In this document: positions 49,159 to 62,394 of the stretch, piece by piece
Layout: every line of letters begins with the position of its first letter
Numbering within the stretch: position 1 is the first letter of the stretch
Assembly (NCBI RefSeq): GCF_044704955.1
Contig: NC_091991.1
Coordinates: forward strand, 31,930,001 to 31,994,000
Source of the DNA: Pristiophorus japonicus
Taxonomy: Eukaryota
Length of the DNA stretch: 64,000 nucleotides
Direction of reading: 5' to 3'
The notes under the pieces: generated by a model
Told to the model about the DNA's origin: nothing
The model's input: the letters and a program-made list of their open reading frames with translations, nothing else
The model's database searches: none
Translations under genes and position numbers: made by a program

Positions 49159-50232
49159 GTCCGTGCTACAGTACACTCACAGCAAGTATTCATTTTTCTT
49201 TGTATTTGGATGAGCTCCCTCTGATAGTTTGAAAGTTGTAATAAGGCAGATATTTTTGACTAATAAGCGTGGTTACCATTTAGCACTGTGGTAATACTGT
49301 TAAGGTACATGCAATTAAATCATAAATTTACGACACAGAAAAAGGCCATTCGGCCCATCGTGTCCATGTTGGACAAAAAAGAGCTATCCAGCCTAATCCC
49401 ACTTTCCAGCTCTTGGTCCGTAGCCCTGTAGGTTACTGCACTTCAACTGCATATCCAAGTACTTTTTAAATGCGATGAGGGTTTCTGCCTCTACCACTCT
49501 TTCAGGCAGTGAGTTCCCAACCCACACCACCCTCTGGATGAAAAAAGTTCTCAACTTCCCTCTAATCCTTCTACTAATTACTTTAAATCTATGCCTCCTA
49601 TTATGCGATGTGGGCATAGCTGGCAAAGCCAGTATTTATTGCCCAACCCTAGTTGCCCTCGAGAAGGTGGTGATTAGCTGCCGTCTTGAATCGTATCAGT
49701 CTGTGTGGGGAAGGTATTGTCCTGGAGTGTGACAAGAACCACCTAAAAAGGTGGTTTAACCTGATTCCTACAGCCCACTGGCTGCTATTTTATTTCTGAC
49801 GATAAGCCAACTAAACACTCTTGCCTACCCACGCAGGCCAGAGGTGTAGTTATTGATTACTAGCCTGCACAGACCTTGTCAGCCATCTGGAGAATTATGG
49901 TGGATTTCAATTGCAACTTTGAAATTGTTGCTGTTGCCATGGTTGTAGAATCCACACCAGGTGCCAAGGTTATTGCAGAAAGCTTCTACTCAAAAGTGAT
50001 TCTGTAATATAAAGGTGACTTAAGATGTTTGGGGAGGGATTTGTGATTCATGACTGTTGTTGCAGTACCAGTATTCTTTAGGCATAGTACTAGAGCAAAT
50101 GGGAGATCAGAAATACTGATATTTTCTGCCTTTGTAACAAGCATTTGTACTGGGCAATGGGGATGGTGTGCTGGAGAGGGATTCAGTGCTAGGCACCTAG
50201 TTCTTGGTGATGCAAAGGAGCTGCAAAAAAAA

Positions 50233-51145
50233 CTCTGTACAATTTTGGTCTCCGTATTTAAGGAAGGATATACTTGCATTGGAGGCTGTTCAGAGAAGGT
50301 TCACTAGGTTGGTTCCGGAGATGAGGGGTTGACTTATGAAGATAGGTTGAGTAGGTTGGGCCTATACTCATTGGAGTTCAGAAGGATGAGAGGTGATCTT
50401 ATTGAAACTTATAAGATAATGAGGGGGCTCGACAAGGTGGATGCAGAGAATATATTTCCACTCATAGGGGGAACTAAAACTAGGGGACATAGTCTTAGTC
50501 TTAGAATAAGGGGCCGCCCATTTAAAACTGGGATAAGAAATTTCTTCTGAGGGTTGTAAATCTATGAAATTCTCTGCCCGAGAGCTGTGGATGCTAGGTC
50601 ATTGAATATATTTAAGGCGGAGATAGACAGATTTTTGAGCGATAAGGAAGTAAAGGGTTATGGGGAGTGGGCAGGGAAGTGGAGCTGAGTCCATGATCAG
50701 ATCAGCCATGATATTGAATGGCGGAGCAGACTGGAGGGGCCAAATGGCCTACTCCTGCTCCTATTTCTTATGTTTTTATGAGCTTGACAGGGTAGATGCA
50801 GAGAGGATGTTTTCTTTCGTGGGGGAATCTAGAACTAGGGGCCATAGTTTCAGGATAAGGGGTCGCCCATTTAAAACGGAGATGAGGAGGAATTTCTTCT
50901 CTAAGGGTCGTTAATCTTTGGAATTCTCTACCCCAGAGAGCTGTGGAGGCTGGGTCATTGAATATATTTAAGGTGGAGATAGACAGATTTTTGAATGATA
51001 AGGGAGTCGGGGGTTATGGGGAACGGGCAGGGAAGTGGAGTTGAGGCCAAGATCAGATCAGTCGTGATCTTATTGCATGACGGAGCAGGCTCGAGGGACT
51101 GTGTGGCCGACTCCTGCCCCTAATTCTTAGATTCTTCTGTTTCTA
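50233..51145 (+). mobile_element. Two CR1 3' ends in tandem (junction about 50780)
   Basis: RTRGHS..GRPFKT coding remnant and tail occur twice, head to tail. Confidence 0.85.
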
Positions 51146-51306
51146 AAGTATTGTAAGTAACACAAACTAAGAAATTGTGTTGATGCAGTGCAATGGACAA
51201 AAAGCTTTTAATTTTGGGAGACACATATCTGATTTACCTCCTCTAACAGCAATTGGTTGCACCCTTTTGCAGTGCATCGAGATAATTTGATTCTTTTTTT
51301 GTCCAG

Positions 51307-51543
51307 GAGGAAGATGTTGACTTCCTGGCGAGGTTTTCCAAGCTCATTAACGGGATGGGCCAGGCCTTGATTACCAGTTGGAGTAAGTTGGTGAAAGCAG
51401 GGGATGTGAAGAACAGCCAGGTGACACTTCAGGCCGTGGAAGCGAAAGTGCCTCTTCTGCTTAAGCTGCTGGTGCACGAAGACGACGATATTTCCTCCAA
51501 CATCATTGGTTTCTGTTACGACTACCTTCACACACTCAAACAA
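51307..51543 (+). CDS. XPOT: XPOT coding exon 8
   Basis: EEDVDFLARFSKLINGMGQ...HEDDDISSNIIGFCYDYLHTLKQ, 237 nt. Confidence 0.97.
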
Positions 51544-51792
51544 GTAAGTCGGACCACCCAAGGGGAGTGTGTTTTTTTGTGGGTGCCACAATTAAAGGTT
51601 TGTGGAAAAGTTATGACTGCCTTTGTACGCAGTTGAAAGATTTCTGGGTGCGTTGCTAATTTGTCTAATGTATACTTTCCTCCATTCCGTTCCTAATCTG
51701 TTCCTAATTTGACGCGCGCATGGGTTGATCTTTTTATGACATTAAGCTGACTCGTGTTTCAGTTGCATCAGAGAAAATCCTTGCGTGGCCCG

Positions 51793-51942
51793 CAATGTTC
51801 CCGCTAATTTTTTGGGGGGGTGCACAGCTCCTTTAAGGGGGGCTGCGCAGCCCATTCCAAAACTTAACATTGAAAACGCTGGTCCGGGGCTGCGTGGGAC
51901 CAGCAGAGAGCTGTGCGGCCGGGCTGCTTATAGGGAACATTA
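51793..51942. mobile_element. hAT-like MITE
   Basis: TIRs CAATGTTCCC / GGGAACATTA and 8-bp flanks GTGGCCCG / GTGGCAGG. Relatives lie at about 52987-53112, 53304-53458 and 63288-63405. Confidence 0.6.
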
Positions 51943-53303
51943 GTGGCAGGACATTCCCGGAATAGATATCGAACTTTGCTGAAATAGATTAAACTTGTCA
52001 GTAGCATTTCCTCAAACCTTCAACAAACGTGCATCATAACAGCTGCATTTAAGTGGATCAAATATTTGGTTAGCTTTTAACTTGGGATATCATTTAACAT
52101 TAACTATAGAACAAGTTGTTGTGGAATCCAAAACTAGGGGTCAAAAATACAAAATAATAAATGCAATAGGGAAATAGGAGAAATTTCTTTACTCAGAGAA
52201 TGGTTAGAAGGTGGAACTCACTGCCACAGGAAGTGGTTGAGGCGAATAGCATAGATGCTTTCAAAAGGAAACTAGATGAGTACATGAGCGATAAGAGAGT
52301 AGAAAGATATGCTGAAAGGCTGATATGAGGTAGGTGGAATGGGAGGAGACTTGGATGGAATATAAATAGCAACACAGACCATTTGGGCTGAATGGCCTGT
52401 TTCTGTGCTGTATGTAAAAACCTAAACCAGGTATGATGGAAAAAGTTAATGAGCAAGCAAAACCACGTTGATGAGCTAAAAGTAGCCTCCTTGTGCTATC
52501 AACAAATATAAGTTGACCTTTCTATCCTATAACAACCTAACTGGGCAATAGGCTTCTCAAAATCTTGATTAGATCTTGCATTTTAAATATCCCAAATGTT
52601 TGTGTCCTACAGTGTGTAATGAATATTGTGCACGAATTGAAGCTTGAAACTTTTTGTCCTCGTAAACCTAAACTCACTTGTAAAGCTGGCCGGACTTTTC
52701 TTTTTAAATTGATTTCTGTTTTTCAAAACTCTGTGTTGCTTCAATAGCTATCTAGAATACTTTCTTTGGCATTTATTTAATTGAGGTCATTTGCAGTGGT
52801 TGTACAACTCAATTTGGTAATTAAACAGGGACTGATTTATTTCACTTGCTGTTGTATGGCACTCATATTTCATGAACTGGGCAATATTTCATGCATGCAA
52901 AGGAAATGGTGAAGTGGTCATCCTTAGCATCACAGTGATGTGTGACAAGTGTGCCGTTTAATTTGTGCATGATACCTGCATACTGAACAGCATCCCTCCC
53001 CGAGGTCCCCCCCCCCCCCGCGCGTGCCGGTCCCGAGGTCCCCAGGTCCCCCCACACCAGATGCAACAGCAAATCTAAAGGGACTGCACACGGGAAATTA
53101 AAGGGAACATTGATACTAATCCCACCTTTTGATATATTGCCACTTGCTGTTTATGAAACGTTGCTATATTTTATTATACATGATTCGCTCTCAACAAAGA
53201 TAAGATAGGAAATTTTCTCAAAGGTTATCTTTTTGCCCTTTTTAAAAAAAAAAAAAATCACATTCAGCATTCTAGGCTGAGGGAGGGCAGGAGTGCCATC
53301 AAC

Positions 53304-53458
53304 CAATGTTGCCTCTAAGTCACGCGGCCCCGCAGCAATGGGAAAGGACGCTCACCGGTTTCCCCATTGTAAATACCACGCGTGCATGGAAATTTAATGG
53401 GACTGCGCACTAAAAAATCAGGCCACGCAGAACAAAGCGCAGCTTACAGGGATCATTG
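53304..53458. mobile_element. hAT-like MITE, same family
   Basis: CAATGTTGCC...GGGATCATTG termini with degenerate 8-bp flanks CCATCAAC / TCACCAAT. Confidence 0.5.
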
Positions 53459-53812
53459 TCACCAATACTTTTCTTTACCTGGTTGCATGCAAGTGTGCCT
53501 GGATAACGAGGCTTTTAGAGTCCCTTTCCATTGACAGCCGAGCTGAGAGTGGAAACTGGGTGTGAACCTGTGTTCTATATAATATGTTCCCACATTATAA
53601 CAGTGACTACACTTCAAAAAAATACTTCATTGGCTGTAAAGCCCTTTGAGACGTCCAGTGGTCGTGGAAGCCACTATATAAATCCAAGTCTTTCTTTCTT
53701 TACTAAAAAAGTCTGCATAACATTATAATGTGGCTAGCATTTACAAAATGATATAATCAGCATAGTGTGTGTGATCTGGATTCATAAACTTTATATGCAA
53801 TTCTCTCTCCAG

Positions 53813-53851
53813 CTTCCTGCACTGACTGAACAGCAAAAGGCCAATGTTGAG
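53813..53851 (+). CDS. XPOT: XPOT coding exon 9
   Basis: LPALTEQQKANVE|gtaagt, 39 nt. Confidence 0.93.
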
Positions 53852-53958
53852 GTAAGTTACACATGCTTCTATTTAGTACAAATTTTTATGTCTCATTATA
53901 CATTTTAAGTGCCTAGTTACTTGTTTATATTCTCTGACAATTTCTTTTCTGAATGTAG

Positions 53959-54021
53959 GCGATTATGCATGCAGTTATGAAGAAATTAACCTATGATGAA
54001 GAATACAATTTTGAAAATGAG
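53959..54021 (+). CDS. XPOT: XPOT coding exon 10
   Basis: AIMHAVMKKLTYDEEYNFENE|gtaaga, 63 nt. Confidence 0.95.
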
Positions 54022-54093
54022 GTAAGAAATTTGTGCACTTCAAGACGTGTCGACCCTGGGGTTGTTGGGTATTTTGTAATGAATAAAATCAAT

Positions 54094-54520
54094 CACTCTC
54101 GCCTCTGAGTCCGAAGGTTGTGGGTTCAAGTCCCACTCCAGGGACTTGAGCACAAAACAATCTAGACTGACACTCCACTCCAGTGCTGCACTGTCAGAGC
54201 TGCCGCCTTTCGGATGAGACATTAAACCGAGGCCCCTTCAACCCTTTCGGGTGGATGTAAAAGATCCTATGGCACTATTTCAAAGAAGAGCAGGGGAGTT
54301 ATCCTCTGTCCTGGCCAATATTTATCCCTCAATCAACATAATAAAAACATATTATCTGGTCCATTATCACATTGCTGCTTGTAGGAGCTTGCTTGTGCGT
54401 AAAGTGGCTGCCACGTTTCCTACATTGCAACAGTGACTATCCTCCAAAAGTACTTCACTGCCTGTAAAGCCCTTTGGAGTGTCTGGTGGTCATGAAAGGC
54501 GCTATATAAATCCAAGTCTG
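54094..54520 (+). mobile_element. DeuSINE, followed by a CR1 3' fragment (to about 54925)
   Basis: B-box GGTTCAAGTCC, Deu domain and tail. Confidence 0.8.
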
Positions 54521-55726
54521 TCTGTCTTTCCTTGGAGCAAAGAAGGCAAAGAGGAGATTTGATAGAGGTGTTTAAATCATGAAGGATTTAGTTAGAGTAA
54601 ATAAAAAGAAACGGTTTCCACTGGCTGAAGGGTCGACAACCAGAGGGGATAGATTTAAGGTGATTGCCAAAAGAACCCAGAGATGACATGAGAAACTTTT
54701 TTACTCAAGGAGTGGTTCTCATTTGGAATGCAGTGCCTGATAGGGTGGTAGATACATATTCAATAGCAGCCTTCAAAAGGAAATTGGATAAATACTTGAA
54801 GGAGAAACAATTGCAGGGATGTTGGGAAAGAACGGGGGAGTGGGTCTAACTGGGTTGCTCTTTAAAAGAGCTGGCACAGACTCGATGGGCCGAATGGCCT
54901 CCTTCTGTGCTCTACCATTCCATTGAGTACAAATGTGAAATGTTTCACTGTAGAATGGAATTGTATCTTTTCATTAGGCAAAGCTTATTTTGCTAATAAG
55001 TCCACTGCGCAGTAATGCATTCATCTGCAAAACTGTTCACTCTAATCAACACTTATAGCAAGCTAGCACAGATAATCAATACTTGTAGCAAGTTGGCACA
55101 CTAGATCTGTCCCAATGGTTCACAGGTGTAGTCTCTATCAACTCTTACAGACCAGGGAGATCCCAAGTTCAATCATTGACTGTGTTTGGTGATCACAACC
55201 TGGCTGTAGTTAGGCATAGCTCCAGAATCATCCTCCAGTATCTTGAGAAGATGGAAAGTACCTGTATATTTTCAATCCAGTTTTACTCTGTGGAAATTAC
55301 ACGACATTTAACAAAATGTATAATTACGCCTTTGTTTCGTTCTTCTCTTTGCTGATTCATTTTTAAAAGTGACTTGCTATTGAACAAAAATAATGAGTGG
55401 TAGAACTATTGTAATCTTTTAACACCCAATGTCCACATCAAGCACACTCGGGTCAAGAAGAGAAACATGAAATGTGAGCACAATAATTCATTTGAGATAT
55501 ATTTACATAGGCAGATTTGCATCCCACTGAATGCTTCCTAATACGTTCTGTTTCTAACCTCAGTTATTGTTTTCTAATCAGCCTACATAATATCACCGTC
55601 TAATTTGACTAGAAAATAGCATTCAGGTTGGTTTCACTGGGAATGGTACTGAATCAAATGTATGACTGTGATCTTCAGTATATAAAAAAAGCACCTTTTT
55701 TCCCCTCTTTATTATTTTGGTTTTAG

Positions 55727-55851
55727 GGAGAAGATGAAGCCATGTTTCTTGAGTACAGAAAACATTTGAAGCTGTTGTTGGACAGATTGGCGCAAGTTTC
55801 ACCCGAGTTACTTTTAGCTGCAGTCCGAAGGGTCTTCAACACGACGCTGGA
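55727..55851 (+). CDS. XPOT: XPOT coding exon 11
   Basis: GEDEAMFLEYRKHLKLLLDRLAQVSPELLLAAVRRVFNTTL(E), 125 nt. Confidence 0.97.
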
Positions 55852-56779
55852 GTAAGTGTCACTAATACGAGTGATGTCCTTGTTTGAAACAGACCCAAGG
55901 TTTTGTGTGGTTATTGTGTAAATCATAACTGTGTGGCATAAGGGGCACTTGACGCAGTGTATTGGTGCTCCAGCATGTTAAGATGTGTGTCCATACTTGG
56001 AATTTCTGCACAAGACCAGTTACTGCCTAGTGTAGTTACCGGTACTATGGGTCCTCGTCGAGTGCAGACTTCTTAAGAACATAAGAAATAGGAGCAGGAG
56101 TAGACCATCCGGCCCTTTGTGCCTGCTCCACCATTCACTAAGGTCTTGGTTGATCTTCTGCCTCAACTCCAGCTTTCCTTCCAATCCCCATATCCCTTGA
56201 TTCCCTTAGTATCCAAAAATGTATCGATCGGTATTGAATATACTCAACGACTGAGCATCTACAGCCCTCTGGGGTAGAAAATTCCAAAGATTCTTCTGAG
56301 TGAAGAAATTTCTCCTCATCTCTTATCCTAAATGGCCGACCCTTTATCCTCAGACTGTGCCCCCTATTTCTAGACTTCCAGCCAGGAGGAAACTTCCTCC
56401 TAACATCTGCCCTGTGAAGCTCTTTATGAATTTTACATTTTATGTCTGCCTGCCGGTCTAAAGAAATCAGCTGCACTTTATGGCAAATCTTCTCCAGGCC
56501 CTACCTATATTCTGGTATTCCTTATCTTTTTTCTGAAATGCCATAACGCAGAATGAATGGGCAAACTGTGGCAGCGCCATGGTCAAGTACTGGGGGCTGC
56601 CTCACTTGGAATACTTTTCTAAAGCCAAACTTTCAACTCCAGGACGTGGCCATTTTGCTGCGGTTCTCCACTAGAGAAGCCAAGCCCTGAAGATGGCTGC
56701 ACCAATCACTTGGTAAGCACTTCGGTGGTCGACAAAGGCGGTATCTGCCCAGGGATCTTGTATCGAACTTCGGTCAGAC

Positions 56780-57340
56780 CACACTTCGAGTACTTTGTAC
56801 AGTTCTGGTTGCCATATTATAAATAGGATATAGAGGCACTGGAGAAGGTGCAGAGAAGATTTACAAGGATGATACCAGAAATGTGAGGGTATACACATCA
56901 GGAAAGGATGAACAGGCTGGGTCTCTTTTTTTTTCCTCTTGAAAAGAGAAGGCTGAGGGGTGACCTAATAGAGGTCTTTAAAATGATGAATGGTTTTGAT
57001 AGAACAAATTTTTCCACTTGTGGGGAAGAGCATAACTAGAGGCCATCAATAGAAGATCGTCACCAAGAAATCCAATAGGGAATTCAGAAGAAAGTTCTTC
57101 ACCCAGAGAGTGGTGAGAATGTGGAACTCGCTACCACAGGAATGGCTGAAGTGAATAGTATAGATGCATTTAAGGAGAAGTTAGACAAGCATATGAGGGA
57201 GAAGGGAATAGAGGGGTATGCTGATAGATTTAGATGAGGAAAGATGGGAGGGGGCTCGAGTGGAGCATAAACGCCGGCATAGACTGGTTGGGCTGAATGG
57301 CCTGTTTCTGTGCTGTGTATCCTATGCAATCCTATGGATA
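56780..57340 (+). mobile_element. CR1 3' fragment
   Basis: EYFVQFWLP, LEKVQRRFTRMIP and [12 protein letters not shown] remnants with tail. Confidence 0.8.
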
Positions 57341-58204
57341 GAATATTGTGGTCTTGTTGGGCTGACTAGCCTATCTTGCTTCTGGATTCGGTATATAAAA
57401 CCAAAGCTATGCAGGCCAGTATATTCTAAAAACTAGAATTCAAAGTCTATGCCCTGCAGCGTTGAAGGGATGTGATTGGGCTGTCCGTTCTCTGCCAGTC
57501 TGGCTGGAGCGGTGCAGTAGGAGTTTCGGACCATCTCTGCTAGGATCCTTCAAAGCTGCTACATTTCGATCCTCAGAGTCTGAAAGGAACACCCACAACC
57601 AAGCTTCATACACCATTTCTGCCCGTGGAACTTTCTCCTCCTCGTCTGTTGTCACCTGCCCTTTTCAGAAGCTCACATTTCAGTCGACCCTCACTTGCTG
57701 TAGCATGCATGGTGCAGCAGCAAATCTGATTGTTTCTGTTGCAACCTTTCCTCCCTATCATTTCTTTTCACAGTTTTGTTTTTAGCAGCTAATGATCTTT
57801 GTTACAGTTGTACCTGGTTATGCCACCTAGCCTAACTCCCTTCGCTCCTAAAATAAGTTGCAGGTACAGTCTAGGAATATTTGTAGGTGTGGTCTGGCTA
57901 ATTGGAAAATTTGAGTTTGTGTGTGTGTGTGTGAGGAAAATTTGCTCCCACATTGCCTGAGCCTGTCGATCCACAGCCCATCTGATTTAGGACTCTGCAA
58001 TTGTTTCATCAGCTGGATTGTCATTACATAAACCACGCAAAAAATTGATTTGAGAAACACTATTGACAGAAAACTTTGTGGTAATATAACCGGATCTGAA
58101 CAAGTGTGCCTTTATTGATGCAGTTAATTTATGCTGCACAATCTGTCTCCGCGCTTTACTTTTGTATCCTCTTGGTAAACTTACAACTTTTCTTTCTTCC
58201 TTAG

Positions 58205-58349
58205 GAACTGGCAGAGTATACGATTCATGGAAGTGGAAGTGGCTCTGAGGCTGCTGTTCATGCTGGGAGAGGCTATCCCGGTGTCCCACGGTGCACATTT
58301 CTCTGGAGACAGTGCAAAAGCCAGTGTCTTGCAGGAGATGATGCACACA
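58205..58349 (+). CDS. XPOT: XPOT coding exon 12
   Basis: NWQSIRFMEVEVALRLLFMLGEAIPVSHGAHFSGDSAKASVLQEMMHT, 145 nt, ending at an atypical ACA|gttgagtat donor. Confidence 0.93.
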
Positions 58350-58579
58350 GTTGAGTATTTAGCAATGCTGTAGTTCACCTCATTGTAATCTACCTAAACT
58401 GAGCATTAGGGTGGATTGGGAGCTTGCTTTTAAAAAAAAAAGGCACCCCGAATTTTGTCCACCCTGTTTCTGTGGGGAGTACGAAGAAACCTAGTTTTTT
58501 TTTAAAGTGGTGAGGCATATTGTGTGTACACAGTTGCCTTAAATGTAAAATAGTTTGTTAATCCAGGTTTTTTAAAAAA

Positions 58580-58910
58580 TTTGTTCATGGGATGTGGGTA
58601 TTGCTAGCAAGGCCAGCATTTATTGCCCATCCCTAATTGTCCTTTGAAGAATTGAGTGTCTTGTTGGGCTATTTTAGAGGGCAGTTAAGAGGCAACCACA
58701 TTTGTGTGTTTCTAGAATCAAATATAGGCCAGACCGGGTAAGGACAGCAGATTTCCTTCCCTAAAGGACATTCGTGAACCAGATGGGTTTTTATGACAAT
58801 CCGGTAGTTTTATGGTCAACATTACTGATACTAGCTTTTTGATTGAATTTAAATTCCCCCAGCTGCCGTGATGGGATTTGCACTCGCGTCCCCAGATCAT
58901 TAGTCCAGGT
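58580..58910 (-). mobile_element. tRNA-derived SINE (second family)
   Basis: Minus-strand head ctggactaatgatctgg..gtgcaaatcccatcacggcag matches the plus-strand head at about 6720-6790; LINE-like tail. Confidence 0.6.
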
Positions 58911-59609
58911 GAATCACTTGGTTAGAAACGATAGTTTTGCCCTGCACCTTGGTGTATGCACATTATAAAGAGAGCATTTGTTTCCCAATTGAAAGAGAGC
59001 ATTATGTGTACTTTGTCGCTCATTCACATAGAATCTTACAGCACAGAAGGGTCACATTTGGCCTGTCGTGCCTGTGCCGTCTCTTTGAAAGAGTTGTCCA
59101 AGTTAGACCCACACCCCAGCCCTTTTTCCCCATAACCCTGCAAATCAGTCCTCTTCAAGTACAGCCCAATTCCCTTTTGAAAGTTCCTCCGGAGTTAATT
59201 GCCAGTTTGTGGTGGAGCCACTCAATAGACTGCCTCATTACTGGGGAGGCTCCTTTAGGGAAAGGGGAAACTGAATGGCCACCATACTCCGCTAAAAGGA
59301 CGTTTTGTAGCAATCATGGAGTGTTATAGAAACATAGAAACATAGAAAATAGGTGCAGGAGCAGGCCATTCAGCCCTTCTAGCCTGCACCGCCATTCAAT
59401 GAGTTCATGGCTGAACATGAAACTTCAGTACCCCCTTCCTATAGAAAGGGAGTACTCCTCTTCCAGTCCACATAATAAATAGAAGAATAAGAAAAATGCC
59501 ATTTATAAAGGGTTGATGTTCTGGCCTGGGTGCTCTAGGAATGGACCAAAATTAATAAACGATTATGGTTTAATTTCGAAAATATAACACACTTTTTCTG
59601 TCCCTATAG

Positions 59610-59729
59610 TTGGTGACATCTGGAGTGAGTCAGTACCAGCATGCATCAGTTTCATTGGAGTTTTTTGAAACAGTAGTTCGCTATGAGAAGTTTTTTACTG
59701 TAGAACCACAACACATTCCTACTGTTTTG
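59610..59729 (+). CDS. XPOT: XPOT coding exon 13
   Basis: LVTSGVSQYQHASVSLEFFETVVRYEKFFTVEPQHIPTVL|gtgagt, 120 nt. Confidence 0.97.
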
Positions 59730-59845
59730 GTGAGTTATTTTAGATACATATCTCTGGCCACAACATACTGTAAGTATAGCATTTGTTTAATGAATCTCCT
59801 TTAGATTTGTCCACAGAACCAAGTGCACGGAATCTCAGTAATAGG

Positions 59846-61115
59846 GGGCCCAAGTTTCCGCTTGATTTGCGCCTGATTTTTAGGAGCAACTGGTGGAGAA
59901 CGGACTATCTTAGAAATCGCAATTCTCCATATTGTTTTTTCTGCAGTTCTAGTCCGGTAGAACAGTTCTACTTTGTAACAGAATTTTTTCTTCAAAAGGG
60001 GGCGTGTCCGGCCACTGACGCCTGATTTCAAAGTTTCCACAGTGAAAGCGTACTCCAAACTAAGTTAGAATGGAGCAAGTGAAGATTTTTGTAGAACTGA
60101 AAAAACCTGTTCTACACATTAAAAAATCAGGTGCAGGTTACAAATTAGGTGTCCAGAACGAGGTGGGGGGAAGGGGGAAGGGAAGTCATTAAATTCTACA
60201 ATAAATCCTTATTTATACTTCTACAAATATTATACAAATAAATCCAACCTGAATAAACATTTATAAGCAAAGAAAAGATTAAATAAACCATCTTCCTATC
60301 TGTGTGAAAGTGCTTCAGGCACGGAGAATTCTGCAGTCAGCCTGAGGCGCCCGTTTTTCCCGCGGGGGTGGGTAGGAGGCGCCCATTCTTCCCGCGAGGG
60401 TGGGTAGGAGGCGCCCGTTCTTCCCACGGGGATGGGTAGGAGGCGCCCGTTCTTTCCCGGGGTGGGGGGGGGCGCCCGTTCTTCGGGCGGGGGAGAGGCG
60501 TCCGTTCTTCCCGCGGGGAGGGGGGAGGAGGCGCCCGTTCTTCCCGCGGGGGGGGGGGGGGGAGGCGCCCTTTCTTCCCGCGGAGGGGGGGGGGGGGGAG
60601 GGGAGGGGAGAGGAGAGGAGGCGCCCGTTCTTTCCCGCAAGGGGAGAGGAGGCGTCCGTTCTTTCCCGCGGCGGCGGGGGGGGGGGGGAGGGGAGAGGGG
60701 AGAGGAGGCCCCCGTTCTTCCCGCGGGGGGAGGGAGGAGGAGGAGACAGTGAGAAGGCTGCAAGTGCTGATGTGTTGATGGCAATGTGTTTTTATTTTAA
60801 AAATGTTCAAAAATTAAACAGTTACAAAGAACTACAAAAATGGCCGAGTGCCAATGTTTTTTTCACACTGAGCATGCGCGAACGCTCCAACGCGCACGCG
60901 CAGCGTTGCCGGCAGGAAAAAAACTCATTTAAATAGTACCCGCCCCCTCCCACTTACAAAATTGGCGCGAGTGTAGGCTCCGCCCTCCTGGGCGCCGCGC
61001 CAGGCAGACAAGGAGCTGCAGAACGCTCCAGAATCGCGAGGTTTTTTTTAGGCGCGAAAAACGGGCGCCCAGCTCGGAGGGGCGCCCATTTTTTATCGTG
61101 TGGAAACTTGGGCCC
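59846..61115. mobile_element. Non-autonomous PIF/Harbinger-like DNA transposon (1270 bp) with an internal GC-rich minisatellite
   Basis: Perfect 14-bp TIRs GGGCCCAAGTTTCC / GGAAACTTGGGCCC and a 3-bp direct flank AGG on both sides; about 11 GAGGCGCCCGTTCTTCCCG units at 60344-60725. Confidence 0.8.
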
Positions 61116-62394
61116 AGGATGTGGGGAGGGGGTGGGAATGTTGAGAAAGTGATTTGTTGCTAAACTTAAAAGAATTGTTTAATGGGTATAATCTCCAGGG
61201 CACTTGCAGGTTAGTCTCACTTGTTCAGGACAGTTGTTTGGTATATTCCTGTTGTCAGTTACATGACTTTAACCCAATGAGTATTGGAATATTTTCTTTT
61301 GAGGTGTTGTCTGAAGGTGTGCTTTTTAATGTAGCACTTTTCTGTACTTAAAAGACTTTGAAAGCAAAAACGCAGTGGGGAAGAAAGTGTCACAAAATGT
61401 TTCCACTTGTAGGGAAGAACAAAACTAGAGACCGTCAACATAAGATAGTCACCAAGAAATCCAATGGGGAATTCAGAAGAAACCTAATTGCCCAGAGAGT
61501 GGTGAAAATGTGGAACGCGCTACTACAGGGAGTGATTTTACTTTGAACCAGAATGTTACAATAAGGACACAAGATGGCAGCAACAAATGGGACAGAATAT
61601 GGATTATATGAGCAGGGACTAATTAAAAATGTGACATCCTTTGGATGATTAAGCTAAAAATTCTCTGTCGATGTTTGGTAGAGGACAACTAAAGGAATTA
61701 CAGCTCCGCAGGCCATTCAGCCCATCTTGTCTGTGCTAGCTCTTCAACTAAAATAAGCAACTCTAATCCCATTCCCCAGCTAATTTTGTTCTTGCAAAAT
61801 AAACCCCAGATTGTGCTGTACTGTTGCAAGTAATTTTATAAAAGTTCCAAATATAAGCTTTTTATTTTAATAGTTTGACCTCAATACCAATTATTTCCCT
61901 CTTTTCCCTGTCAAGTACTGGTGATCCTTTGCCACGTGTTCACTTTCCCTCTGGGGGAAAAGCCCAGCCTCGTGTTTTCTCTCCAGACAGCAGAGCTCAA
62001 GATTACGCATTTGGTGTGCAGAGAACTGCAGCCAGGGAACTGGCATTTTTTTTTCAGCCATCCCAAGTCATTGTTGTGATTCAAAGTTAAATATCAAAAT
62101 TAGATGGACATTAGGCTAGCAACTTTTAGCTAAAATAGTATCAAATATTAAAGCCTTAAAAGGTTACCTTGTGTTTCTTACAGTTCTATCTTAACCTGCA
62201 AAGTGACAGTAACTGTCTTCCTGGTACTTTGTGGCATGGCACATTGGCGTATGTGTGTGCTGTACCACATATTTTTCTTTTGAACTTGAATTTTGTTCTG
62301 CCTCGAATTTTTGCAATGGTGCTTGTGAGGAACAAGTAGATGAGTGTACCAGCAATGGCTCTGCAGCAGACAATAATTGGCTGAATAGCCAGTT

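Noticed and set aside
60344-60725. Regularly spaced repeat resembling a CRISPR array
   Set aside because: The spacers are variable G-runs rather than unique sequences, the context is eukaryotic, there are no cas genes, and it lies inside a TIR element.
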